Below, piece by piece: positions 52,586-64,000 of a DNA stretch of 64,000 nucleotides. Every line of letters starts with the position of its first letter. The stretch's first letter is position 1. Below the pieces are notes generated by a model. That model made no database searches, was not told where the DNA came from, and saw only the letters and a program-made list of their open reading frames with translations. Origin of the DNA: Chiloscyllium plagiosum (taxonomy: Eukaryota); NCBI RefSeq assembly GCF_004010195.1, contig NC_057712.1, positions 95,890,670-95,954,669 of the forward strand, given 5' to 3'. Both the position numbers and the translations under genes were made by a program.

Positions 52586-53659
52586 TACAGTTAGAAGCAG
52601 TGGAGGGAAGAATGAGTGTTTCAAACTTAAGTTGGATTATCAAGGATTCGCAATGAATCACTTCCTCTTCCTGATGGTCATGAATGTTTAAACTGAGCAA
52701 ATGCAACTGGATACGCCATGGTCAATGCTATTTGAAGATGACATTGAACTATGTAGTGGGAATGATGAGAATATGACTGAGTATCTGGAAAATGGGAGAA
52801 AATTCTGGAAGAAAGGAATACGAAGATCAGTCAAACAAAAACCCAAAGCATGGACTGTCAGTTTGAGCCAAAGAAAGAGGATCAGAATGAAGGGGTGCAA
52901 AGACAATGAGTGAATGCCTTAGGAAAGTGAGTAATTTTAAACAACCAAGGTCAGAAGATGAGGTTTGGAAATGAAAACTAAGCAACTGATCAAAGTGAAG
53001 TGAGGTGTTAAGTAATGGAAGATTTTTAATAAAACAAAACAGTTGTGAGACTAGCCTTGTTTTATAATGTAGAAAGTTAAGCCATATCAAGAAGAGAGGA
53101 AGGATGATTAGAAACTGATGAGATGTGAATGCAGAGATGGAGCAAAGAGAAAGGGCAAGGTCAGGAAACAGTACATCAGGGGATCAGTGAAAATTGTGAA
53201 GGAACAAAGAATATGCGCAAGAGCAGGTTGAAATGTTATGATTATCTGCTGCAGTGAAAGAATGGGAATGTGTTGAAGCATGTAGTAGAGATGGGATTGT
53301 CAGAAAGCAAAAGAGCAAGATGTAATACCAGATGGAAAGATACAGTGTTGAGAGACTTAAACACCATGGGAATAGAAGAAACATAGGTGACTTACAGGAG
53401 AAGATGGAGATAGATGATTAAACAAAAATATGTCATTCCCAAATAAAATTAGAAAAGCTCGAAGAATTGGAAGAAGAAATGCTATTTTCTGTTTTCTTAT
53501 TTTAAGACAAGCGCACGTTTGCTCATTTCTCAGGTTGACACCTTTGACTGTTTTCAATGTAGAAACTAATTTACCAAGACATTGTTTGCAGAACAAAAAT
53601 GTTCACAAGAACAATTCAAAGCAACATAACGTGCGTCTCAATGAAATCTGACAATTCCA

Positions 53660-53900
53660 AGGCCCATTCAAGAGAGGACTGAACAATCAAAAGATTTCAT
53701 CAGGTGTATGCAGAGGTAAACTTGAGACATTAGAGGGAACAACATACAAGCCTTCAAATAACCCATATACCTAACCCTTCAAGCGCCGCCTGCCCCACGT
53801 GTGGCTGTGGCAGAATCTGAGATTGTGCATTAGATTTATAAGCTCTTTCAGAGATTTTGAACCAGATTGGGAGTGAGTCATCCTCAGTCCTGAGGAACTA
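53660..53900 (+). mobile_element. Possible RTE-clade LINE 3' end
   Basis: tgccccacgtgtggc (CPTCG, zinc-finger-like) followed by gagtcatcctc..cctgagg.act, recalled as an RTE tail. Very degenerate. Confidence 0.35.
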
Positions 53901-55139
53901 AAAGACTCTTGGGATACTTTCACTACAAAGATGTGTCTTCGCAACAGTAGCTATTTCATTGTTTGACCTTCTTGAATTTCCAGTCTCATTCTGTAAGAGA
54001 CCAGTACTTACTTTGGCTGCTGTTATTTATATCTGGGTGAAGGCTCTTACTGTTTGCTTTTGTGTTTCTTGCGAGCTTACTCTTATATCATAATTTCTCT
54101 GATTTTTGTATATTCATTCTTTCCATGTTTCCAAAATGCTGTCAGTCTTTAAACCAAACAACAATCTTTGCAGTATTTTTTTTTTCAATTTGTCTTTTTT
54201 GATGTTATTACCATTTTTTCCCTAATCAAAACCAGTTTCTGGTACCTTTTTATGTTTGTAAGCTTTGTCCCTTCTTGTCCCACTTTGATTAACATGATCC
54301 ATATCATCACCTTATATAGTTGGCTTGTCCTCTGTCTCTAATTTTATAAATTTCTCTTGCATAAGCACAAGTTCCACTTCTTGTTTAAAGTATTTCAGTT
54401 TTCAAGTTTTTAACTTTGTTTAACAATTAATTGTAGCTCTATTAAGTAGTTTCACTATCCTCAGGTCTTGCTGTCCCTTGCTCCTTTCTTGCACTGCTCC
54501 TCATTTTCTAAGAGCCCAGGGCAGCACTTCTTCCGTCATTGAGCTGAATCCCTGAGTAAATACTAAAAGGCCAGTACCCCACTGAGCTGGACACTATGCC
54601 AACTTGCTCTGTGGTGTTTCCAAAAGCGTCCTCTGTTTAAACCACCAACTACTGTCTTTGAGTGAAATGGCTCACTACCAGCATTGATTTGAGGACAATT
54701 ACAGATGGGCAATAAAAGCTGGCTTCATCAGTGATGTCCACATGTCATGAAGCAAATAATCTTTTATTTTTATCTTTCATCAGTTGGAGATGTGTACAAT
54801 TTGCTGGTAAAAGTTAATGTATTTCAAATAAGGTGTAAACCAACCTTTAGAAATGTCAACAAATGTCAAACATAGAGCTCTTGAATGATCATTTGTGTAC
54901 GAGTGCGTCATAATTATGTTGTGGAAAGATACATGAAGCAGTTATCCAACAGTGGTTTTCCCACCAAATTTCTAATCAGTTTGAATGTATTTCTGGATGT
55001 TATCTAATGCCTGTTTCACTGACAATTGTTTAAAAGATCTTTGATACAAACCAGGCTTTTGTGTTATTTTGGAAGATATTCAAGAAACACGTGATATTAA
55101 TGTGCAAACTTAGAAAGTTTACTTGGGATAATTCTGGTT

Positions 55140-55352
55140 ATCAGAGGTGAATAAACTCCCCTCCAACCCATACACCATTCTGATTGGTGTTCCATCTCTT
55201 TTGTTGGGTGAAAGTTTTGGAACTCCTTTATGCACAGCAACTATGGATGTTCCACCACCCAAGGACTGAAGCAGTTCAAGAAGGCAGCTCGCTGACTTCA
55301 GGGGTACTTAAACACTGCCCAAATCAATGACACCCACTTCCCATGAACTCAT
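55140..55352 (+). mobile_element. L2/Crack-like LINE 3' fragment
   Basis: cacca(t)tctgattgg...ggactgaagcagttcaagaaggcagctc is the reverse complement of the 15130-15150 motif. Confidence 0.55.
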
Positions 55353-56781
55353 AAACAAAAATATATAGGTAACATAGTATCTAAATTCTGTTTTAGTTGA
55401 ACTGTCTTTCAGGTATATAATACACAGACAGGAAGAAGCAAATCTAACGATATATTTTAATTAATATACATTAGTTAAGTAGAGAGTATATTCAATATAA
55501 ATGCTAGAACACCTGCAGTAAATTACGAAAATTCCTATTTTATGAAAGGATATCTTTGATTCAATAAAGTTTTACATGTGTAACTTCCCAGATCTTTGAT
55601 TGGAAGGTCAAAACCATGTGGTAAAGCTCAAAAGTGACTTTTTCAAAGTAGTACGATATGTTAATTCATGTTGATAATCTACAAAATTGATTGTTTTGTC
55701 TGTTAAAAACCTGTACAAGCTTGGTAGTGCATCTAACACATTTCATTGGAGTCTTCATGTAATCTAAAGCATCACAATGCTACTATTAAACAATAGTTTG
55801 CATTTTACAATGTATTCATAATTTACATTTAAATGGTTAGAATTGGATTTTTATTTGCATAAGTGATTGCACTGCTTACTCGCTATTTTCATGTTTCAAA
55901 AATTCTTTTGATGAATGATGGCCGTGGAAGATCGTATTCCAGTAAACTGTAAACAGATGGTGAAGAATATGGGACATAAGGAGATGTCATAAATTTTGTA
56001 AATCCTTGAAAAGGCTCAAAGGTGTTTCAGTGCACAAGATTTTACCAAGATTGCAGAGGAGAGGACTAACAAATGGCAGAAATGGATAAAAGGGAAGCAA
56101 ACACCATTTGCGCAGTTGTATCCGAAGCAGCTAATCCTGTATCTCCTATTCCAAATGACTGTCTAAAGTGGAATTATCCCGTGGGTATTTGCCTGCGACC
56201 GTCGATGGAGCAGCCTGTCGGGACAATGCTTCATTGGGTTTTTTATTGGGGAGGTTATCCTTTGAAACATTGCATCACCTTCGTAGATCAGCTTTGCAGC
56301 ATGCTCATGCAGAACTGAAGTCAAGTTTTAGATCACAGTGACAAGCTCTGGGAGTGGATGTGTTTGTTATATATAGATTAAAAGTATAAACCATCTTAGC
56401 AATGGATCTGTGTTGGATTCTCTGGTGATATAGATCCTGCAGGATACGAAAGATGGGAAGTGAAGCCTTGACTATAAAGGTATCAGGGTCAGACTAAAAC
56501 AATGGTATCCTAATGAGCATTTACTTATGAGGCCATAGCCTGATCTGGTGACTTTGACCACCAAAATCTGTGTGCTATCAAAACTGGAACTTGTCAGAAA
56601 ATGAGGTCACAAATCTCTCCATTTTATCTGTTTGTTTACTCCACGCATGCCTAATTGGGTTAGTTAAAATTAAAAAGAACTTCAAATGTTGCAACTGGAT
56701 TGTTTATTGTTCAATGCAGTCAGATCATGCCTGATCATCTACTGAAACTGCCACCTTCCTGCAATAGCCCAGAGTCTATGG

Positions 56782-57808
56782 TTAGTCAGCATGGTTTTGT
56801 GAAGGGCAGGTTGTGCCTCACAAACCGTATTGAATTCTTTGAGAAGGTGACTAAGGAGGTAGATGAAGGTAAAGCGGTAGATGTAGTGTATATGGATTTT
56901 AGTAAGGCGTTTGATAAGGTTCCCCATGGTAGGCTACTGCCAAAAATATGGAGGTATGGCATTGAGGGTGAGTTGGAGGTTTGCATTAGGAATTGGCTGG
57001 CTGGAAGAAGACAGAGGGTAGTAGTTGATGGTAAAGGTTCATCTTGGAGTGCAGTTACTAGCGGTGTTCCGCAAGGATCTGTTTTGGGACCATTGCTGTT
57101 TGTCATTTTTATAAATGACCTGGAAGAGGGGTTAGAAGGTTAGGTGAGCAAGTTTGCGGATGATACGAAAGTCAGAGGAGTTGTTGACAGTGAGGAAGGA
57201 TGTAGCAGGTTACAGCAGGATATAGAGAAGCTGCAGAGCTGGGCAGAAAGGTGGCAAATGGAATTCAATGTAGCTAAGTGTGAGGTGATTCACTTTGGGA
57301 AGAATAACAAAAAGATGGGGTACTGGGCTAATGGTCGGATACTTGGTAGTGTGGATGAGCAGAGGGATCTTGGTGTCCATGTACACAAATCTTTGAAAGT
57401 TGCCACCCAGGTAAATAGTGCGGTGAGGAAGGCATATGGCGTACTGGCTTTTATTGGTAGAGGAATTGAGTCCCGGAGCCCTGAGGTCANNNNNNNNNNT
57501 TTAGATAGGGTCGACAGTGTGAATCTTTTTCCACGTATGGAGTCAGCTATTATGAGGGGGCATAGCTTTAAATTAAGGGGGAGTTGGTATAGGACAGATG
57601 TTAGGGGTAGATTCTTTACTCAGCGAGTCGTGAGTTCATGGAATGCCCTGCCAGTAGCAGTGGTGGACTCTCCCTCTTTATGGGCATTTAAGCGGGCATT
57701 GGATAGGCATTTGGAGGATAGTGGGCTAGTGTAGGTTAGGTGGGCTTGGATCGGCGCAACATCGAGGGCCAAAGGGCCTGTACTGCGCTGTATTTTTCTA
57801 TGTTCTAT
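56782..57808 (+). mobile_element. Young 5'-truncated CR1 LINE (RT to 3' UTR) spanning an assembly gap
   Basis: [14 protein letters not shown]...[11 protein letters not shown]...[11 protein letters not shown]...*VSKFADDTK... with one stop at 57141. Tail ttctatgttctat. Confidence 0.95.
57490..57499. other. Assembly gap (10 N)
   Basis: Run of n inside the CR1. LINE sequence is missing across it. Confidence 0.99.
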
Positions 57809-58499
57809 ATTACTTAATTTCCTTAATATCAAAATGTCAATCACCTCTGCCTTGATTATACTCAATGACTGAATATTCACAGCACTCCAGGGCAGAGAAT
57901 TCCAAACATTCACAATCCTCTGTGTCATTATGACTTGGCGACAGTCAAATCTAATCAACCTCTCTGCCTCTGTATTCACAGTATTGTAAATTTAAAACCT
58001 TCAAAAACGTTCAAAACTGAAGCCAGTGATTCCTAACCAGACTTTTTGAATAACCAATCCTAGACTCTGTGAATAATTAGTTCTAGATACTGGGTTTGTA
58101 TCTTAAAAAACAGACTTAGCAATTTTATTAATAATACAGTAACTAAAGCTGAGCAAAGTAAAAACAAAGTAATCTAATTAATGAATATGATTTAACCCAA
58201 TGATGTTTTCGGGCCCATTCACACAAGGCAGTCAAATGAACACAGTTAAGGGATAAGTAAAAGAAAATAATAAAACTGCCAGATTATTTAAGCAGTTTTC
58301 ACAATGCATTTTTTCTTGATTGATTTTCTGAAGACATAAATCATGTTCACTTTTTCAGTTCACTCTGATAAAGTCAGTGATACTTATGACTAAGTTTCTA
58401 TTCTCTGAACTTCCAGTGGGAGGTTAGGCAGAAAGCTTTAAAACTTTCATGCTGTAACATCAACAGCCAAACTGAAAGAAGAATAAGCAACAAAAAAAT

Positions 58500-61010
58500 C
58501 AGTACAGCTTAGGGACAGACCCTTCGGCCCACCAAGCCTGCACTGGCTCGTGATGGTTTTCTAATTTACAAACCTTTTGCCTCAATGAAGTCCACATCCC
58601 TCTATTCCCTGCCTATTCTTGGTAAACCGTTTCTGTACCCTGTCCAAAGCCTCCAGTGTAATGACCAGAACTGTACACAATATTCTAAATGTAGCAATGG
58701 CAACATGACTTGCCAATTTTTATACTCTATGCCCTGACCAATGAAGTCAAGCATGCCGTATGCTTCCTTGACCACCTTGTCTACTTGTGATGCCACTTTC
58801 AGAGAACTGTGCAGCTGTACGCCTAGATCCCTCTGTTTGTTGATGCTCTTAAGGGTTTTTCCATTTCCATTACATTCCTCCTACATTAGACCTTCCAAAA
58901 TGCAACACCTCACATAAATTCCACCTACCATTTCACTGCCAAACCTCCAGCCTATCTATATCCTGTTGTATCCTCTGACAATGCTCCTCACTATTCTCGG
59001 CTCCCCAATCTTTGCGTCATCTGCAAACTTACATTCTCCTCCAAATTATTTATATATATATATATTACAAACAACAGGGATCTTTGCAAATACCGCTGTT
59101 CTCCAGTCAGAAAATATACTTCCACTGCTACTGTCTGTCTTCTATGACCAAGTCAGCTCTGCTTACCAGCTCACTGTGACTTTACATTCAATAACAGCCT
59201 GCCATGAGGGATCTTGCCAAAGACCTTGCTAAACTCCATAGAGATGACATCCACCGCGCTGCATTTTTCAATTATCTTTGTCACTTCCTCAAAAAACCCA
59301 ATCAAATTTGTGAGATATGAACTCCCCCTCCCAAAGCTATGCTGCTTTTCATTAATAAGTCCATATTTTTCCAAATGTGAGTCAATCTTTTCTGGATTCT
59401 CTAATAATTTCTCTACCACTGACATAAAGGCTCTGCAATTTTCCAAATTATCCCTACGTCCCTCTTAAACAAAGGAAAAAAAAAGTCCAATTCCCTGGGA
59501 TCTCTCCTGTGACTAAACAGGATGCAAAGGTTTTGTAGAAATCCCCACTAATTTCCTCACCTGTCTTCCTCAGCATTCTGGGGTAGATTCATTCAGACCC
59601 TGGGGACTTGTCTACTTTAATGCTTTTCAAAATATCCAACATCTTATTTACATTGACAGGCCACAGAATATCAACATACCCCTCTCTAGATTTACCATCC
59701 ACCATGTTCTTCTCCTTAATGAATAGCAAAGCAAAGTATTCATTAAGGTCCTAACCCACTTCCTCCAGATCCAAGCATAGATTCCCTCCTTTGGCTTTGA
59801 GTGGACATATGCTTTCCCTAACTATGTTTTGCTCCATGTATATGTATAAAACGTTTTGGGATTTTCCTTAATCCTGTTTGTCATATACATTCATGGCTCC
59901 TTTAGGCCCTCCTCCCTACGTGTTTCCTTCCTGCTTTCTTTGTATTCTTCGAGGGCTCTGACTGTCTTCAGTTTCCTAAACTTCATGTATGCTTCATTTA
60001 TCTTTTTGACTAATTTCATCATTTCTCTTGTCATCCAAAGTTCACAAATCTTGCCATTCTTATCCTTCATTTTCATAGGAACATGCTCATCCTGAACTCT
60101 AATCAACTTGTGTTTAAAAGATTCCCATATGCCAGATGTGGATTTACCCTCAAACAGTCATTCCTAATCTACATTCCCCTGTTCCCGCGTAATGTTGTGG
60201 TGGTTAGGTATACCCTAATTTAGTGCTTTCACCTGAGGACTACACTTATTCTTATCTAGAAGTAATGTAAAGCTTACAGAATTATGGTCACTGTTCTCAA
60301 AATGCATCCCCACTGAAACTTCAATCACCTGGCCAGCATCATTCCCCAATACCAGGTCTAGTATGACCCCTTTCCTAGTTGGACTATTTATATATTGTTT
60401 TAAGGAACTCTTCTGGACCCACCTAACAAACTCATTCCTCTTCTAAGTCATTGGCAGTAAGGGAGTCCCAGTCAATATAGGGGAAGTTAAAATCAATAAC
60501 CACAACAATCGTATTGTTTTCACATTTTTCCACAATCTGTACACAGATCTGTTCCTCTACCACCCACTGGCTGTTGTACAATCCCATCAAAGTGATTCAA
60601 CCCTTCCTGTTCCTGAGCTCTACCCATATGGCCTCACTGGGTGATTCCTCCATGGTGTTCTCCCTCAGTACAACCGTAATATTCTCACTAATGAATATCG
60701 CAACTCCCCCATCTCATCTACATCCCTCTCGATCGTGCGTGAAACATCAAAATCCTAGAATATTAAGCTACCAGTTCCATTCCTCTCTCAATCATATCTC
60801 TGTAATAGCTACAACGTCATAGTTAATATGATACAATCCTTCTGCCTTACCTGTCATACGCCTTGTTTTAAATTCAGTAACCTCTCCCTGTCTGTTCTTC
60901 CTCTTAGCCTTACTCGCCTTTTTCTCTAATGTCTCCTCAGTCATTGTTGACCTACTGCAGTGGTTCCCAAACCCTGCCACACTAGTTTAAACCATCCTGA
61001 ATGATACTGT
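58500..61010 (-). mobile_element. Long decayed CR1 LINE ORF2 (endonuclease to 3' end)
   Basis: YDVVAITEI, QHSFGRGSSYLTNLIGFFEEV..MEFSKVFGKIPH and HLEYCVQFWS on the minus strand. Confidence 0.9.
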
Positions 61011-61379
61011 CATATTCCTTGTCCCAGAAACACAGTCCAAACCCCTGCCCCTCCCTCTGTTTGACCATCATCTTCCCTTCCAGCCTTGCTGGCTCCAATT
61101 CCCAGGTACTGACTTTGTTCATGGCTGAACATCTGCTATTTGGTTAAACATAATGTTTCCCCCGGTGTCAAAGAGTCTATGGGATCCTGTTGATCAAGTA
61201 CCAATGTGCAACTAACTTCTGGGCCTGAGCTCACAAACAACTGCCTGTTTGTCCCCTTTTTATAACACAAACTACTGCCCCCAGTCCAAATGGCATCTTC
61301 AGCTCTCAGTTCGCAACTCAAACCAAAATTGATAAAAGAATCAAAAATAATAAAACATCACTGAGAGTTCTAACAGTGT

Positions 61380-61750
61380 AAAGAAATTTCTGCTCATCCC
61401 AAATGGCCAAAGCTTAATTCTGAGACTGTGACCCTGTGTTTTAGATTCCGCAGCCAGAGAAGCATGATTCTCAGATGTACCGTATCCAGCCCCTTAAGAT
61501 ATTTACATGTTTTAATTAAATCGCCACTTGTTCTTCTAAACTCCAGGATATCTAAACCAACTACATTCCATAGTTCCTCATTGGATAGTCCCTCATCTCA
61601 ACATGCAGTCTATCTAAGGCAAATAAATATATCTTTCTGGTAAGAAAGCCAAAACCACATACATTCCCCCAGTTTTGATTTCATTAGTACCCTGTATATC
61701 TGTAGCTGGACCTCTTTACTCTCATCCTCAAGTCCTTTTGTAATAATAGC
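61380..61750 (-). mobile_element. Old CR1 3' fragment
   Basis: KGLEDESKEVQLQIYRVLMKSKLGECMWFW, a degenerate LVRPHLEYCVQFW. Confidence 0.65.
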
Positions 61751-61987
61751 ACAAAAATCAAGGTTAGCACACCATTCCATGTTGCATGATTGCTGCATTG
61801 TCAGATGTGCCATGTTTTGATGAGACCAAAAACACAGCCACATCTGCCACCTGTCTATTGAAATTGGTTCTACAACATAAGGGACGTATAAAAAATGTAA
61901 GAAATTATTTATTGCTAATTAACAATTTAAGAAAATTGTCTTTCTGTATTTATTCAGTTATAAGAATAGTCAGTCATTAAAATTTGA

Positions 61988-62098
61988 GAGTTCTGATGAA
62001 GAGCATATAGAATTCGAAATGCTAATATTTCTTTCTCCACAGATATTGCCAAATCTGTTTTTGATTCAGATCTTCAGCATCTCCAGTGTTCTGCTTTA
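61988..62098 (+). mobile_element. Penelope-like 3' fragment with degenerate hammerhead (family of 27860)
   Basis: gagtt-ctgatga-agagcatatagaattc-gaaa-tgcta...ccacagatattgcca...ttcagcatctccagt. Confidence 0.6.
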
Positions 62099-62361
62099 AA
62101 TTTTGAAAATAAATATGTTTACTAGACGATGGTTGAGATAGAGGTCTTATGAATCTAACTATTTAGAATTTGATTGAACATCTCATGTATAGTTAACTTT
62201 TGAATCAACATTCAGAATGTTGGGATATGGCATTTAGCTATGCAGTGGTTATCAGGCTGTTTATTGATAATACAAAAGATTGCTAAATCAAGCATGATTT
62301 TGGAATGCTAGTTTATATAACTGAGTCATTAGTATTTGAAGTGCTCGATTCAAATATATGT

Positions 62362-62463
62362 TTGGGATAGTGTAGGGGGATGGGCTTAGATTAGTTCAAA
62401 GGTCGGCGCAACATCGAGGGGCAAAGGGCCTGTTCTGCGCTGTATTGTTCTATGTTCTATGTT
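62362..62463 (+). mobile_element. Isolated CR1 3' UTR tail (same subfamily as 56782-57808)
   Basis: tcggcgcaacatcgagggg caaagggcctgttctgcgctgtattgttctatgttctatgtt is nearly identical to 57751-57808. Confidence 0.85.
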
Positions 62464-64000
62464 GTAAAGGATCTAAATGTTGAATCACAGTGATAAAATA
62501 AAACATATTAAGTATGTATAACACAGAGGTAATTTGGTCTCTGTTTTCTCAGCCACGAAACTGGAGGTATAAATGAATCTTCTAGTTGTCTAGACATCAA
62601 TAAATTTTTAATTATTGCCATGCTCAGTTCACTCCTTAGGATTTACATTAGAATGAGACCTGCAGCTATTATGGCAGTAACAGGATAGGTGGGAGGATGA
62701 AGGCTATTGACTGCAGGGTATGTGGTATATTTTATCTAGTGAAGTGACAGGTTCAAGTGTACTTTGGAATACTTCACGGGATGTACACAGGAAGAATTAC
62801 TGAGCCATTAAATGAGAATGAGACAGTCTGTGAAAAACAATGTCAAAATAATGGCCAACTTGCCAAAATGTAAATAGAACTGTGGCATGGTGCATGTAAT
62901 TGCAGTTAGAAGAGGCTAAGAGCAAGTATCATTAAAAATATATAATTCTTCTCCACAATATAATGAGGTGTACAGATATTATTTAGTAGGAAAAACCACT
63001 GTGCTTATCACAATTATTAGAAATTAAAAGATATTTTTTGAAACAAATGAGCATGTTACTTGGTCTTTCAGTTCCTCATTACAAAAAAGACATCAAAACA
63101 TTTCTAATTTTTATCAATTATAATGGATTGGGTCATGAATGTGTTTTTAAATTTGCTTGCACAATTTACAGCAAAAGGTTTTTTTTTCTAGAATTAATTA
63201 TCTTAAAGACATGTAATGGGATTGTTTAAAAAAGACATTTTCTCATTAGGTTTATGTGCAAGAAGTGCAGTGAATTGTGATAGGATAACATTCATTCAAA
63301 ATAAGTTAGCATAAACCCATTTTATGTTATGTTAGTTGCCATAACAACAAATAATGATGACTGGCATTTAAGCTGTTACGACCTTCACTTGATAATGGTT
63401 TTTGCAGCTGGGTACCAGTTGGTCCATAAACTTTTTAAAATGATGCCCCCTCTATAATAGCACTTGACAGAACAGGACAGGTGTCATTGGAGACTACTGT
63501 TGTTTCTTTAGGAATGTTTCTGCATTGAGCAGTTTGAATTAGGAGTTTTTTTGAGTAATTTATTTTGTTTTGCATGTATTTGGCAAGGTCTAAGTATCTC
63601 CATTAAAAGCCATATTAATTATAATTTTTGTGTCAAGGGAGTACTCAGAATGAAAATAACAGATCTATTGAAGCCAAGAAGGTTTCAATTAACAATTTCA
63701 AATTATGAATGTAATTTCTTTTAGCTCTATGATTTATTCATCAAAAGGGACTCATTGGCACTAGAAAGAAAATTCAACTTTGAAACCCAATTACAGTCTC
63801 CCATTTCAGCTGTTTAAAGCCCTAACATTGGAAAAATGTTAACTACCCGTACTGTGTAATCTATTTGATCTCACCCTGAATCCTGCCTCGATTCCCAAGA
63901 CCACCATTTCATTTTCAGTGAACTTGAACTATATTCACCCCTCCTCAATCCACTATTGTCAACCACATTTTAAATCTGAATTTATGCGTGAATGAATGAA

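Noticed and set aside
52600-53470. Purine-rich stretch as a coding exon
   Set aside because: It has frequent stops, no convincing splice pair and no recognisable domain. It is probably decayed low-complexity or repeat sequence.
56700-57734. Active reverse transcriptase gene, or a retron/DGR-like system
   Set aside because: It is an ordinary 5'-truncated CR1 ORF2 with an in-frame stop at 57141, no endonuclease and a CR1 3' tail.

Overview
This is AT-rich vertebrate DNA, almost certainly from an elasmobranch, probably a carpet or bamboo shark (inferred from HE1-type SINEs and shark-type CR1 and Penelope repeats). The whole window lies inside one gene on the + strand: EYA4 (eyes absent homolog 4). 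Six internal coding exons with canonical AG/GT boundaries and consistent phases run from the P/S/T/Y-rich transactivation region to the first exon of the EYA (HAD phosphatase) domain (WDLDET). I did not find the next expected exon in the remaining ~29 kb. The introns are full of decayed mobile elements: many CR1 LINEs (some nested), L2/Crack-like LINE pieces, HE1 V-SINEs, a Deu-domain SINE, another tRNA-headed SINE, a Gypsy gag-protease relic, a probable solo LTR, a Harbinger Myb/SANT relic and at least four Penelope-like families. The most interesting non-coding signal is about ten minimal hammerhead-ribozyme motifs (CUGANGA...GAAA with palindromic stem III) carried by the Penelope-like repeats. 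Also notable are EYA4 splice-site oddities and unusual insertion architectures (a 143-bp target duplication; a Penelope nested in a Penelope, both with TSDs). I see no evidence for a wholly new multi-gene system. Family assignments come from recalled motifs, not database searches, and repeat boundaries are approximate.
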